Assembly: GCA_963667465.2 (NCBI GenBank)
Contig: CAXXDN010000001.1
Location: forward strand, 672,001 to 736,000
Direction of reading: 5' to 3'
From: Dehalococcoidia bacterium
Lineage (GTDB): Bacteria; Chloroflexota; Dehalococcoidia; UBA2979
Length of the DNA: 64,000 nt
The notes beneath the pieces are model-generated. The model worked only from the letters and a program-made list of their open reading frames with translations. It was not told the DNA's origin and ran no database searches. Of the stretch, positions 27,995 through 38,126 are shown in pieces. Numbering within the stretch: the first letter of the stretch is position 1; every line of letters begins with the position of its first letter. Position numbers and translations under genes: made by a program.

Positions 27995-28309
27995 TCAGAA
28001 GCCTCCGCCGGGGAGGTGGGACGACATGTCCCGGTGCGCCTCGGAGCGCGCGTCGTCCGAACGACGCCGGAGGTCCGCTCCCTCGGCCTGCGCGCGGCGC
28101 CATGCTTCGGGGTCCGCGCCTTCGGCGAGGCCGCGGCTCGCGGCTCGCCCGCGTGTCCCCGGCAGGACGGCGACGATGATGAGGGCGGCGATGGTGAACG
28201 CGGCTCCGGACAAGGCCCACAGCCACACCCGGCGCCGCTTCCACCGTGCGACGGCGCCGCTAGCGGCGGCGCACATCGCCATCAACACGAGCAGCGGAAC
28301 GAGCTCCAT
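27995..28309 (-). CDS. Small membrane protein (KRRRVWLW motif)
   Basis: Two TM segments flanking ARWKRRRVWLWALSGAAF; GGGAG RBS. Confidence 0.65.
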   Translation of the reverse strand: MELVPLLVLMAMCAAASGAVARWKRRRVWLWALSGAAFTIAALIIVAVLPGTRGRAASRGLAEGADPEAWRRAQAEGADLRRRSDDARSEAHRDMSSHLPGGGF

Positions 28310-28388
28310 GGCAAGACTCCCTTCGCCCAGGCGCATGACGGCTCACCGAGGTGCGTGAAGAATCACAACCAGCATAGCGGACCGCTAC

Positions 28389-28850
28389 TCACTCCTCCGT
28401 CGCCCGGCCTCTCGCCCGCGCCACGAAGCGCGCGGCGTCCTCCCTGCGGGTGATGCGGGCGCTCAGGGTCTCCTCAAGGAGCGTTTCACCTCTTCCCGGC
28501 AAGCTGGCGACGACGATCAGCGCGAGGTAGGCGAAGCCTGCGCCGAGCGCGATCCAGAGCCAGACACGCCGCCGCTTGCTCCGGGCGAGATAGCCGCACA
28601 AGGCCGCGCACATCACGGCGACAACCCCGTGCAGCGTGGTGATCGGCGAGTCGCGGTACAGGGGGGTGCCCTCGAGAAGGGGGACGAGGAGCTGGGGGCC
28701 AATCGCGAACAGGGCGCCAGGCGGCGCCCAGATCCACCAGCGGCGTCCGTTCTCGTGGGCCACGCCACCCGCAGCCACGGCGCCCACGACCGCGAACGTC
28801 ACGAACAGGGAGAACGCCACCCATGCGGGGAAATCAATCGCATTACCCAC
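28389..28850 (-). CDS. Small membrane protein with a duplicated TM-R-R-x-W-x-W module (start re-called at GTG 28850)
   Basis: AHENGRRWWIWAPPGALF and ARSKRRRVWLWIALGAGF; similar to the adjacent gene. Confidence 0.65.
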   Translation of the reverse strand: MGNAIDFPAWVAFSLFVTFAVVGAVAAGGVAHENGRRWWIWAPPGALFAIGPQLLVPLLEGTPLYRDSPITTLHGVVAVMCAALCGYLARSKRRRVWLWIALGAGFAYLALIVVASLPGRGETLLEETLSARITRREDAARFVARARGRATEE

Positions 28851-29055
28851 GGAGCGCACTCCCTCGCGGCGCTCACTGGGCCGCGGATTCTGCCGCCGCG
28901 CCGCGGCCAGCGTCATAACGCTACATGATGGGTGAGCCGCAGGACGTCGCGGCGGTCGATCCCGGCAGCGCGACGGGGGACATTGATCCACCAGCCCCCC
29001 GCCCCGATGCTCCAGGGGTCGCTGACGACGTAGCGAGCGGCCGGAACGGGCGCCC

Positions 29056-30303
29056 TTGGCCACGAACCAACATCCCGCATCCTCGATCCGCGATCGCGCC
29101 GAGTCGAAGCGCGCCGTTGCGCTGCTGATCGGCCTGAACACGACCGCGCCGCTCGCGATCGACATGTTCCTGCCCTCGATGCCGAACATGGCGAGGGAGT
29201 TCGAGGCGCCGACCTCGACGGTCCAGCTCGCGGTCACGCTGTTCCTGCTCGCGTTCGCGGCCTCGCAACTCGTCTACGGGCCGGTCTCGGATCGCTTCGG
29301 ACGGCGCCCCGCCCTCGTCGTCGGGCTCGTGCTCTTCATCGGTGGGGGCCTGATGTCGCTGTTCGCGTGGTCGGCGGAGGCGCTGATCGTCGGGCGCATT
29401 ATCCAGGGCATCGGCGGCGGGGCCGGTCCCGCGATCGGCCGCGCGATGGTGCTCGATGTGTTCGGGCGACAGCGCGCGGCGCGGGTGCTGGCCTACATGA
29501 CGATCGCCACGCCGCTGGCGCCGACGCTCGCACCCATCATCGGCGGCGTGCTGCAGGACCTGTTCGACTGGCGCGCCGTCTTCGTGACGCTCATCGCTAT
29601 CGGCGTGTTCCTGCTCGTCGCCTACCAGTTGGTGCTGCCCGAGACCAACGTGCGCCGCGACCGTACGGCCCTCGGCGCGGTGCAGCTGGGCAGGAACTAT
29701 CGGGAGCTGTTCTCGAGCCGCATCTTTCTGGCCTACGCGCTGACGATGGGGTTGATGTTCAGCGGCCAGCTGGTCTTCATCTCCGGCTCGTCGTTCGTGC
29801 TGATCGATGAGCTTGGGCTCTCGGCAGGCCAGTTTGGGCTCGCCTTCGGATTCGCGGCGCTCGGGATCATGAGCGGGGCGTGGCTCTCGAGCCGGCTGGT
29901 GGTGCGCTGGCCGAACTCGCGGGTGGTGCTGCTCGGCGCGGTGTTCGGCGCAAGCGCCGGCGGCGTGATGGCGGTGCTCGCCTGGGGCGGCGTCGCCAAT
30001 CCGTGGGCCGTGCTGCTGCCGATGTTCGTGTTCGCCGCGGGAAACGGCCTCGCCCGTCCGCCGGCGATGGCCGGCGCGATGATCCCGTTCGAGCGTATGG
30101 CGGGTCTCGCCTCGGCGGTGCTCGGATTCACCCAGATGGCGATCGCGACGGTCTACAACATCGCGTTCAGCCAGCTGATCGCGATCGACCAGGTCGCCCT
30201 CGCGAGCGGCATCGCCGCCGCCGCGGCCGCCAACCTCGTCCTGCTGCTGCTGCTGCGCCCGCCCGCAAGCACGCCGGAGCGCCCGGCCGGGGCGGCCTCC
30301 TGA
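29056..30303 (+). CDS. Bcr/CflA family multidrug efflux MFS transporter
   Basis: AIDMFLPSMP, QLVYGPVSDRFGRRP, LPET. Confidence 0.9.
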   Translation: MATNQHPASSIRDRAESKRAVALLIGLNTTAPLAIDMFLPSMPNMAREFEAPTSTVQLAVTLFLLAFAASQLVYGPVSDRFGRRPALVVGLVLFIGGGLMSLFAWSAEALIVGRIIQGIGGGAGPAIGRAMVLDVFGRQRAARVLAYMTIATPLAPTLAPIIGGVLQDLFDWRAVFVTLIAIGVFLLVAYQLVLPETNVRRDRTALGAVQLGRNYRELFSSRIFLAYALTMGLMFSGQLVFISGSSFVLIDELGLSAGQFGLAFGFAALGIMSGAWLSSRLVVRWPNSRVVLLGAVFGASAGGVMAVLAWGGVANPWAVLLPMFVFAAGNGLARPPAMAGAMIPFERMAGLASAVLGFTQMAIATVYNIAFSQLIAIDQVALASGIAAAAAANLVLLLLLRPPASTPERPAGAAS

Positions 30304-30313
30304 CGGAGGTTTC

Positions 30314-30760
30314 CTACGCGCGATCCGGTAGGTCTGGTTCGCCGATCCAGCGCACCCGGGCGGAGCTGCTCGCTGCCCGCCAGAACCGTTCGTCGGCGGT
30401 CCACAGCTCGCAATCGAGGGTCTCCGCGAGCGCCAGATAGTGGCTGTCGTAGATAGCGCCCTGTCCGAGCAGGCCCGCCAGCTCGAGGGCCCTGCTGTGC
30501 AAGCGTGGCGCTCCGAGCAGCTCGACACCGGAGGCCAGCATGGCTTCCAGCAGACGAGCCGCCTCGGCCACGGTCAGTTCGCCGCGCAGGACACGCCGAT
30601 GCAGCGCGTTGCTCACCTCCACCGGCAGGAGGTACGGCGCTGTTGGCGTCACGCCGTCGCCAGCCCAGCTCCGGGCGAGCGAGCGCGCGGAACCCGAGTC
30701 CGGCTCCCGGACCAGCCACTTGACCACCAGGCTCGCGTCCACGACGACGCGACCGTTCAC
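30314..30760 (-). CDS. PIN-domain (VapC) toxin
   Basis: VVVDASLVVKWL..E...EVSNAL...IYDSHYLALAE...WTAD. Confidence 0.92.
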   Translation of the reverse strand: MNGRVVVDASLVVKWLVREPDSGSARSLARSWAGDGVTPTAPYLLPVEVSNALHRRVLRGELTVAEAARLLEAMLASGVELLGAPRLHSRALELAGLLGQGAIYDSHYLALAETLDCELWTADERFWRAASSSARVRWIGEPDLPDRA

Positions 30761-31041
30761 GATGAGGCGCGTTCCTCGCGGGCCTCGCGGATGAAGTCAA
30801 CCGAGTCTCCGGTGAACGTCCTGTCCCTGAGGAGTCCGTGTTGGAGCGCCTCGAGCCGGTCGAGCGCCTCGCCGAAGGGCAGGACGGCGAGTCCCTGTGA
30901 CTCCTCCTTCGCGAGTTCCTGCTCGATGGCGTTCTGACAGTACTGGCGCATGCTCACGCCCTTGAGTGCGGCGACGGCCTTCAGTCGCCGCTGCAGGGGC
31001 GCGTCGATGTCGAGGGTGAGTCGCTTCTTCTGGACGGCCAT
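30757..31041 (-). CDS. Ribbon-helix-helix antitoxin
   Basis: KRLTLDID..LQRRLKAVAA..GVSM...DSVDFIREAREER; 4-bp overlap with the toxin. Confidence 0.85.
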   Translation of the reverse strand: MAVQKKRLTLDIDAPLQRRLKAVAALKGVSMRQYCQNAIEQELAKEESQGLAVLPFGEALDRLEALQHGLLRDRTFTGDSVDFIREAREERASS

Positions 31042-31061
31042 TGGCGCCTCCCGGCGGAACT

Positions 31062-31083
31062 ACAGAAATACAGAATAACAGAA
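31062..31083. promoter_or_regulatory. Putative RHH operator: three ACAGAA repeats with 8-bp period
   Basis: ACAGAA at 31062, 31070 and 31078, immediately upstream of the antitoxin. Confidence 0.55.
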
Positions 31084-31199
31084 GCTGCGCGGTAGAACCT
31101 TCGCGAGCCCTGCCCGCCCCGCCGCGACGCTCTAGAATCGTCCGGCCGCCGCCGAGCACGTTGGCGCCGGGAAGATTGACGACCGGGGAGGATGCAGCA

Positions 31200-32153
31200 A
31201 TGCCGCCAGCGACCGGAACGCCCGCCTTCGAGGATCTGCCGACCATGGACGAGGGCAGCGAGGAGCGCCACGCCTGGGACGTCTGGGGCCGCGAAGACCA
31301 GGTCGGCTCCTTCAACCGGGTGACGGCGGAGCATGTCGTGGCCGCCGCCCGGCTCGTGCGCACGGGCAAGGTCATCAACCTCGATCTCCCGCTCAACGAG
31401 CCGGACCCGCCGCTCAGCGATCGCACCCGCTTCATCCACCACATCGAGACCGGCCGCCAGACGCGCGACGACTGGCTCGATGGCTTCTACCTGCAGGGCT
31501 CCAGCCAGTGGGACGCCCTCGCGCACGTGCGCTACCGCCAGTACGGCTACTGGGGCGGCCGCCAGGACGACGACGTCAACGAGGGCCGCGAGTGCGGCAT
31601 CGACCAGTGGGCCGAGCGCGGCATTGTCGGCCGCGGCGTGCTGATCGACGCGAAGCGCCACTACGGCTGCGCACCCGACGAGCGCTTCGCGATCAGCGGC
31701 CCGATGATCGAGGAGATCGCCGAGGCGGAAGGCGTTGCAATCGAGCCCGGCGACACATTGCTGCTCAACACCGGCTGGCTCGAGTGGGTGCTCTCGCTCG
31801 ACCTCGATACGCGTCTGGCCATGCAAGGGTCGGTTGCGCCGAACCCGGACGGGATGCAGGCGCCCGGCCTCGACGGGCAGCGCGAGACAGCGGCGTGGCT
31901 GTGGGACCGCGGGATCAGCGCCGTGGCCGCCGACACTCACGCGATGGAGGCGCTGCACGTCAAGCCCGAGGAGGGCTTCCAGCACCGCCGTCTGCTGCCG
32001 ATGCTCGGCATCGCGATCGGCGAGTACTTCAACCTCGCCCCGCTCGCGGCGGACTGCGCCGAGGACGGCGTCTATGAGTTCATGCTCGTCTCCTCGCCGC
32101 TCAACATCCCCGGCGGCGTCGGCTCCCCGCCCAACGCCTACGCGATCAAGTAG
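31200..32153 (+). CDS. Cyclase family (kynurenine formamidase-like) protein
   Basis: WG..DQVG..N, QGSSQWDAL.H, GIVGRGVLID, GGVGSPPNA. Confidence 0.88.
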   Translation: MPPATGTPAFEDLPTMDEGSEERHAWDVWGREDQVGSFNRVTAEHVVAAARLVRTGKVINLDLPLNEPDPPLSDRTRFIHHIETGRQTRDDWLDGFYLQGSSQWDALAHVRYRQYGYWGGRQDDDVNEGRECGIDQWAERGIVGRGVLIDAKRHYGCAPDERFAISGPMIEEIAEAEGVAIEPGDTLLLNTGWLEWVLSLDLDTRLAMQGSVAPNPDGMQAPGLDGQRETAAWLWDRGISAVAADTHAMEALHVKPEEGFQHRRLLPMLGIAIGEYFNLAPLAADCAEDGVYEFMLVSSPLNIPGGVGSPPNAYAIK

Positions 32154-32181
32154 CGATCGAGGCACGGGAGCCGCTGCGACG

Positions 32182-33477
32182 ATGCCGGAGCCGCTGCTCG
32201 ACGATGGAGCCCTCGAGGGCATCCGCGTGCTCGAGCTGGGGACCGCCATCGTCGGGCCCTACTGCGCGCAGAACCTCGCCGACCTCGGGGCGGAGGTGGT
32301 GAAGATCGAGCGGCCGGGCGGCGATCCGGTGCGGCGGCTCGCCGGCTTCGCGCCGAACGAGAGCAAGCTCTTCCACACGCTCAACCGCGGCAAGCGCAGC
32401 GTCGTCCTCGACCTTCGCGAGGAGGCCGCGCGCGAGGCGGTGCGCCGCCTGATTCCCGGCTTCGACGTGTTCGTGATCAACACGCGCCCCGGCGTGCCGC
32501 AACGCCTCGGGATCGACTACGAGACGTTGCGCGCGCGGCGCAAGGACTTGATCTACGTGGAGCACACCAGCTTCGGCACGCGCGGCCCGGACGCCCAGCG
32601 GCCCGGCGGCGACGTGGTGATCCAGGCCTACACCGGCCTCATGGCCGCCGAGAGCAAGATCGATGAGTTCGGGGCGCCGCAACGCATGAGCAGCACGGTG
32701 CTCTCGGACTACGCGGGCGGCATCGCCGGCGCGATGGGTGTCTGCGCGGCGCTCTACCGCCGCGAGCGCACCGGCCGGGGACAGTACATCAGCGCGCCGC
32801 TGGTCGCGTCGGCCGTCTCCTTCCTCTCCTACTACGTCTCCCGCCTCCCGGCCGTCGACGCCGTCACCAGCGACCCGATGCTGGAGCGCGTACGCGCGGT
32901 GCGCGAGGCCGGCGGCGGCTACCGCGAGATCCTCGAGACGCGCGGTCTGCAGGTGCTGACCCAGAACGCGGCGGGCCTGCTCTACACCAATGGCTACCCC
33001 GTGCGCGACGGCGCGATCGTGCTCGGCGCGGTCAGCGCCGAGAACCGCGACCAGATCCGGGCCGCACTTGGCATCGAGGACGACCCGACCGCCGATCCGG
33101 ACTTCAACGCGCTCGACCCCGCCAACTGGCCGGTCATCGAGCAGGTCCGCGAGCGCATCCGCTCCGTCATGCGCGAGCGCACGATGGACGAGTGGATGGA
33201 GCGCCTCGACGCGGCCGGCGCGCCCGCCTCGCGGGTCAACCTGCCCGAGGAGATCGCCGACGAGCCGCAGCTCGAGGCGCTGGGGCTGCTGCTCGACCTC
33301 GATCACGAACTGACGGGCCCCGAGCGCATCGTCGGTTCGCTCGTCGAGATGTCGGAGAGCGCGACCGGTGCACGCCGCCCCGCGCCACCCCTCGGCCGCG
33401 ACACCGTCGAGGTGCTGACGGAGGCGGGCTTCAGCGCCGGGGAGATCGAGGCGCTGACGCAGGCGGCGCGTGCGTGA
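32182..33477 (+). CDS. Class III CoA-transferase
   Basis: LADLGAEVVKIE, NRGKRS, LSDY, APPLGRDT. Confidence 0.92.
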   Translation: MPEPLLDDGALEGIRVLELGTAIVGPYCAQNLADLGAEVVKIERPGGDPVRRLAGFAPNESKLFHTLNRGKRSVVLDLREEAAREAVRRLIPGFDVFVINTRPGVPQRLGIDYETLRARRKDLIYVEHTSFGTRGPDAQRPGGDVVIQAYTGLMAAESKIDEFGAPQRMSSTVLSDYAGGIAGAMGVCAALYRRERTGRGQYISAPLVASAVSFLSYYVSRLPAVDAVTSDPMLERVRAVREAGGGYREILETRGLQVLTQNAAGLLYTNGYPVRDGAIVLGAVSAENRDQIRAALGIEDDPTADPDFNALDPANWPVIEQVRERIRSVMRERTMDEWMERLDAAGAPASRVNLPEEIADEPQLEALGLLLDLDHELTGPERIVGSLVEMSESATGARRPAPPLGRDTVEVLTEAGFSAGEIEALTQAARA

Positions 33478-33528
33478 GGGCGGCTGGGCGCGCCTGCGGT
33501 AAGGTGAGCGCCGCTGGAGGGAGGCTCG

Positions 33529-34737
33529 ATGGCGCTGCCCGTGACGAGTGAAGCGCTCGACGATGTGCGGGTCCTCGATCTCTCGGAGGGCATCGCCGGG
33601 CCGTTCTGCACGAAGCTGCTGGCCGCCCTCGGCGCCGACGTCATCACCGTCGAGGCGCCCGGGCGCGGCGATCGCGCGCGCTCCGCTCCGCCCTTCGCCG
33701 GCGACGAGCCGCACCCCGAGCTGAGCGGGCTCTTTCTCTACCTCAACACCGGCAAGCGCAGCGTCACGTTGGACCTGCAGCAGGCCTCCGGACGCGCGAT
33801 CGCCGGACGGCTCGTCGCGGAGTGGGCCGACATCGTCATCGAGGACTTCGCGCCCGGACAGCTCGACGCCTGGGGCCTTGGCTACGCGGCGCTCGAGGCG
33901 GCGCGCGATTCCCCGAGGCCGGGCGTGATCGTCGTCTCGGTGACGGACTACGGGCAGAGCGGGCCCTACCGTGACTGGCAGGCGTCGGACCTCACGGCGC
34001 TCGCCCTCGGCGGCTCGCTCTACATCGCCGGCGACGAGGACCGCGAGCCGCTCAAGATCGGCGGGCAGCCGGCGCAGTTCTACGCCGGACTGTCCGCGTT
34101 CAGCGGCGCGCTGATCGCGCTCCACCATCGCGACGCAACAGGCGAGGGCCAGCACGTCGACGTCTCGATGCTCGAGGGCATCGCGACTGCCCAGGAGTAC
34201 CCGGGCGCGGCCTGGGCCTACAAGCGCGAGATCCGCGTGCGCGGCCCCGGCCACGCGCCGATGTTCGAGGTGGAGGACGGCTACATCGGGCTGATGTTCC
34301 CGCAGGCCCGCTGGCCGCGCTTCTGCGAGCTGATCGGACGGCCCGACATCGAGCACGACCCGCGCTTCGAGGGCACGCGGCAGCGCCGCGACAACATGGC
34401 CGAGCTGCGCGAGATCATCGCGGAGTGGACCGCGGGCAAGCGCAAGGCGGACCTCTACCACGCGATACAGGCCGTGCAGGGGCCGGCCGGCTACGTCTGC
34501 ACCGCGCCCGACCTCATCGAGTCGCCGCAGTTCATCGAGCGTGATTTCTTCAGCGAGGTCGACCACCCGGCGACGGGGCCGCTGCTCTACCCCGGGCTGC
34601 CGCTGCGCTTCGGCACGGAGCGCCCGCCGCTGCGGCGCGCCCCGCTGCTGGGCGAGCACAACGCCGAGGTCTACGGCGAGCTGCTCGGCTGCAGCGCCGC
34701 CGACCTCGCGCGCATGCGCGGCGCGGGGGTGATCTAA
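33529..34737 (+). CDS. Class III CoA-transferase (Gln at the apparent catalytic Asp position)
   Basis: LNTGKRS, QPAQFYAG, APLLGEHN. Confidence 0.9.
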   Translation: MALPVTSEALDDVRVLDLSEGIAGPFCTKLLAALGADVITVEAPGRGDRARSAPPFAGDEPHPELSGLFLYLNTGKRSVTLDLQQASGRAIAGRLVAEWADIVIEDFAPGQLDAWGLGYAALEAARDSPRPGVIVVSVTDYGQSGPYRDWQASDLTALALGGSLYIAGDEDREPLKIGGQPAQFYAGLSAFSGALIALHHRDATGEGQHVDVSMLEGIATAQEYPGAAWAYKREIRVRGPGHAPMFEVEDGYIGLMFPQARWPRFCELIGRPDIEHDPRFEGTRQRRDNMAELREIIAEWTAGKRKADLYHAIQAVQGPAGYVCTAPDLIESPQFIERDFFSEVDHPATGPLLYPGLPLRFGTERPPLRRAPLLGEHNAEVYGELLGCSAADLARMRGAGVI

Positions 34738-36038
34738 TGGCTGCCGAGCAGGCCGGGCCGGGCACGCCGGGCGGGGGCGCCCTCGAAGGACTGCGGGTCG
34801 TCGACCTCTCGCAGGTCTGGGCGGGGCCGCTGGCGCTCAAGCTGCTCGGCGACATGGGCGCCGACGTGATCAAGGTCGAGTCCGGCCGGCGCACGGACAC
34901 CGCGCGAGGCGACCCCAACCCGCAGGCGAGCAGCGCGATCTACCCCGACGACGACCCCGGCACCGAGCCGTGGAACCGCGCGGGCCTGTTCAACGATCGC
35001 AACCGCAGCAAGCGCGGCATCTGCCTGGACCTCACCATGCCCGAGGGCATCGCGACGCTGAAGCGCGTCATCGCCGCCTCGGACGTGGTTGCGGAGAGTT
35101 ACCGCTTCGGGGTGCTGGAGCGCCTCGGCGCGGGTTACGAGGCGATCCGCGCGGTGAAGCCGGACATCGTCTACGTCTCCTTCTCCAGCCAGGGCGCGAC
35201 CGGGCCGGAGCGCTCCTACGGTTCGTACGGCGCGATCCTCGAGCAGACCGCCGGGATCGCCTCGATCACCGGTTACCGCGACGGCCCGCCCAAGACCTCC
35301 GGCACATTCTTCCCCGACCCGGTCGTCGCGATGCTCGGCGTCGGCACGATCCTCGCCGCCGTACGCCGGCGCGACCGCACCGGCGAGGGGACGTTCGTTG
35401 ACCTCTCGCAGCGCGAGGTCACGACCTCGATCGTGCCGGAGATGCTGCTGGACTACACGATGAACGGGCGCACGCGCGGGCCGCAGGGCAACCGCCACGA
35501 CGTCCACGCCCCGCAGGGCGTCTACCCGAGCGCGGGCGAGGACGACTGGGTCACGATCACCGTGCGCTCCGACGCCGAGTGGCGCTCGCTCGCGGAGCTG
35601 ATCGGCGGCATGGAGCTGGCCTCGGACGCGCGCTTCGCGACGTTGCTCGGGCGGCGACGCCGCCACGACGAACTGGACGCGCTGATCGCCGCCTGGACGG
35701 GGGAGCGCGAGTCGCGCGAGCTGATGGAGCAGCTGCAGGCCCTCGGCGTGCCGGCCGGCATGGTGCATCGCGGCGACACGCTGCTCGATGATCCGCAGCT
35801 CGTCGAGCGCGGCTTCTGGGAGCCGGTGGACCACCCGGCGGCGGGGCTCATCCCCCACCTCAGCCGCCCCTTCAAGCTGGCCCGCACCCCCGGCCGGACC
35901 CCCCGCCCCGCCCCCATGCTCGGCGAGCACACCGAGGAGGTCTTGCGCGACGTAGCCGGCCTCAGCGAGTCCGAGATCGCCCACCTCGCCGCCCTCGGCG
36001 TCACGCGCAACGTGCCGGACGGCGCCGTGGGGGGCTAG
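34737..36038 (+). CDS. Class III CoA-transferase
   Basis: VWAGP, NRSKRG, FPDP, APMLGEHT; 1-bp overlap with the previous gene. Confidence 0.92.
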   Translation: MAAEQAGPGTPGGGALEGLRVVDLSQVWAGPLALKLLGDMGADVIKVESGRRTDTARGDPNPQASSAIYPDDDPGTEPWNRAGLFNDRNRSKRGICLDLTMPEGIATLKRVIAASDVVAESYRFGVLERLGAGYEAIRAVKPDIVYVSFSSQGATGPERSYGSYGAILEQTAGIASITGYRDGPPKTSGTFFPDPVVAMLGVGTILAAVRRRDRTGEGTFVDLSQREVTTSIVPEMLLDYTMNGRTRGPQGNRHDVHAPQGVYPSAGEDDWVTITVRSDAEWRSLAELIGGMELASDARFATLLGRRRRHDELDALIAAWTGERESRELMEQLQALGVPAGMVHRGDTLLDDPQLVERGFWEPVDHPAAGLIPHLSRPFKLARTPGRTPRPAPMLGEHTEEVLRDVAGLSESEIAHLAALGVTRNVPDGAVGG

Positions 36039-36041
36039 GAC

Positions 36042-36433
36042 TCAGGAACGGGCTGCGGCCCAGTGGACGACCGCTTCGGCGATCTCCACCACCATCGCGT
36101 ACTCAGCTTCGGTCACGGGCCTGGCAGGTCCGGGGTATCGCGTGAGCAGTGCGTACGGTGTTAGTTCTCCGGCCTTCAGCACGGTCTCGGGGATGTCCTC
36201 GCCTGCTTCTTCCAACAGTGAGAGGAGGCGAGTCAGGTCATGCACGTACGGGAAGTCGATACCGCGTGCGATCAGTAGGGACTTGGTGGCCTTCTCAGCC
36301 GCTTGTTGCGCCTCGAAGCAAGGTCTTCGAGATAGGTTCCAGGGGCGCGGCTCCTGGCCAGCGCGAGATTGCTGCGCGCCCGATTCAGCCACTCCCGGGG
36401 ATCGTCGGGCGGGTAGCGCTCAGGAGGACTCAT
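36042..36433 (-). pseudogene. HEPN-domain protein with a single-base frameshift near 36321
   Basis: ATG 36433 gives MSPPERYPPDDPREWLNRARSNLALA...YLED; a 1-nt shift then continues CFEAQQAAEK...HDL...RYP. Confidence 0.8.
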
Positions 36434-36734
36434 ACACCACAAGGCCGTCCTGGACGGCGGGCTTGACGATCAGCGCGTGGCTGTCCTTGTAGCGCTCCAC
36501 GTCCTCCGGCGAGACCACGATGGCGTCGACCGCTGCTCCGACTCCGCGCAACCTCCCATAGATGCGCGCCATCAGCTCGAGCGCGTCGGCGCCGTCCTTG
36601 ATGACAAGAAGGTCGATGTCGCTGTCAGGGTCGGCCTCACCACGGGCCGCGGACCCGAAGAGGATGATCTTCTCCGGCTCCGCTACCTCCACGATGCGGC
36701 CGATGACGTCGTCCAGCGTCGCTTGATCAAGCAT
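36420..36734 (-). CDS. Minimal nucleotidyltransferase (MNT) antitoxin
   Basis: ILFGSAARG....SDIDLLVI. Confidence 0.92.
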   Translation of the reverse strand: MLDQATLDDVIGRIVEVAEPEKIILFGSAARGEADPDSDIDLLVIKDGADALELMARIYGRLRGVGAAVDAIVVSPEDVERYKDSHALIVKPAVQDGLVVYESS

Positions 36735-36773
36735 CGTGACCAGATCGTACCGCACGCGCCCCGCGCGTAGCGC

Positions 36774-38126
36774 CTACGAAGCGTCCTCGAGGTAGGCGTC
36801 GCCGATGATCCGGGAGTCGAGGAGTTGCTGGTAGCGCTCGTCGCTGACGCCGAGCAGGTCTTGCAGCACCTCGCGGTTGTGCTGGCCGAGCAGCGGGGCG
36901 TGGCTGCGGATCTCGAGCGGGCGCTCACGGTAGCGCGCGACGGGGGCGGGGTAGCTGTGTGTGCCTGCCGCCGGGTGGTCGACTTCCTGCCAGAAGCCGC
37001 GCTCGCGCAGGTGCTCGTTCTCGCGCAGCTCCTCCTGGCGCAGCAGCTCGGTGGCGGGCACGCCCGCGGCCTGCAGCCGCTCCATCAGCTCGCGCGCGAC
37101 GTGCTGCGAGGTCCACGCCTCGATCAGCGGCTCCAGCTCGTCCTGGTGCTCGTAGCGCACGTCCGAGGTCGCGAAGCGCGGGTCGCCGGCCAGCTCCGGC
37201 GCGCCCAGCTCGGCGGCGAGGGCGGCGAACTGCTCGTCGCTGGCGACGGCGATCGCCACCCAGCGGCGGCGGCTCGACTCGCTCTGCTCGCCCGGCGCGT
37301 CGAGGCAGCGAAAGACGCCGCTCGGCGCCTTCGAGGGGTGGCGGTTGCCGAAGGTGCTCCGCACGCGCCGGTTGAAGGAGTAGTCCATCAGCGCCCACGA
37401 GACGTGGTGCAGTCCGGCCTCGACGTGCGAGAGGTCGATCAGCTGCCCTCGGCCGGTGCGCTCGCGCGCGAACAGCGCGGCCTGGACGGCGAAGGCGACA
37501 TGGATGCCGGCGTTCGGGTCGCCGTGCGCGAGGCCCGGTGTGTACGAGGGGTCGCTGTCGCGGTAGCCGCGCAGGAAGGTGTGGCCGCCGAGCGCGTCCA
37601 TCGTGGGGGCGAAGCCCTTGAAGCTGCGGTAGGGGCCGGTCGTCCCGAAGCCGGGGAAGCGCGCCTGGATGATGCGCGGATTGAGCTCCGCCAGCCGCGG
37701 GTAGTCCAGCCCGAACTTCTCGACGACCCCCGCCGCGTTGTTCTCGATGTAGACGTCGGAGACCCGCACCAGCTCGCGCAGCAGCGCGATGCCCTCGGGC
37801 CGATCGATGTCGAGCGTGACGCTCTTGTGATTGCGCTTGGAGTAGTTGAAGTGGGCGTTGCGGTTCCAGAAGCCCTCGCTCGGGTCGCGATCGACGTAGA
37901 GCGCGCCGAACGGGCCCTGCAGGTACAGCTCGGGCAGGTTGCGGTAGTTCGAGCGCGTCGGGTTGACGTGCTGGATCGACTCGATCTCGATCACCTCGGC
38001 GCCGAGGTCGCCGAGAATCAGACTCGCTGCCGGTCCCGCCCAGACGATCGCCTGGGAGAGCACGCGCACGCCCTCGAGGGGCAGCCGCGCCTCGCTGCGG
38101 GTTTCCGCCGCACCCTCAGACGACAT
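36774..38126 (-). CDS. Class III CoA-transferase
   Basis: VWAGP, KRNHKS, HGDP, APLLGQHN. Confidence 0.92.
   Translation of the reverse strand: MSSEGAAETRSEARLPLEGVRVLSQAIVWAGPAASLILGDLGAEVIEIESIQHVNPTRSNYRNLPELYLQGPFGALYVDRDPSEGFWNRNAHFNYSKRNHKSVTLDIDRPEGIALLRELVRVSDVYIENNAAGVVEKFGLDYPRLAELNPRIIQARFPGFGTTGPYRSFKGFAPTMDALGGHTFLRGYRDSDPSYTPGLAHGDPNAGIHVAFAVQAALFARERTGRGQLIDLSHVEAGLHHVSWALMDYSFNRRVRSTFGNRHPSKAPSGVFRCLDAPGEQSESSRRRWVAIAVASDEQFAALAAELGAPELAGDPRFATSDVRYEHQDELEPLIEAWTSQHVARELMERLQAAGVPATELLRQEELRENEHLRERGFWQEVDHPAAGTHSYPAPVARYRERPLEIRSHAPLLGQHNREVLQDLLGVSDERYQQLLDSRIIGDAYLEDAS

Noticed and set aside
28925-29128. Short ORF that might be a frameshifted N-terminus of the Bcr/CflA transporter
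   Set aside because: Low-complexity sequence with no homology cue; the transporter appears complete from 29056.
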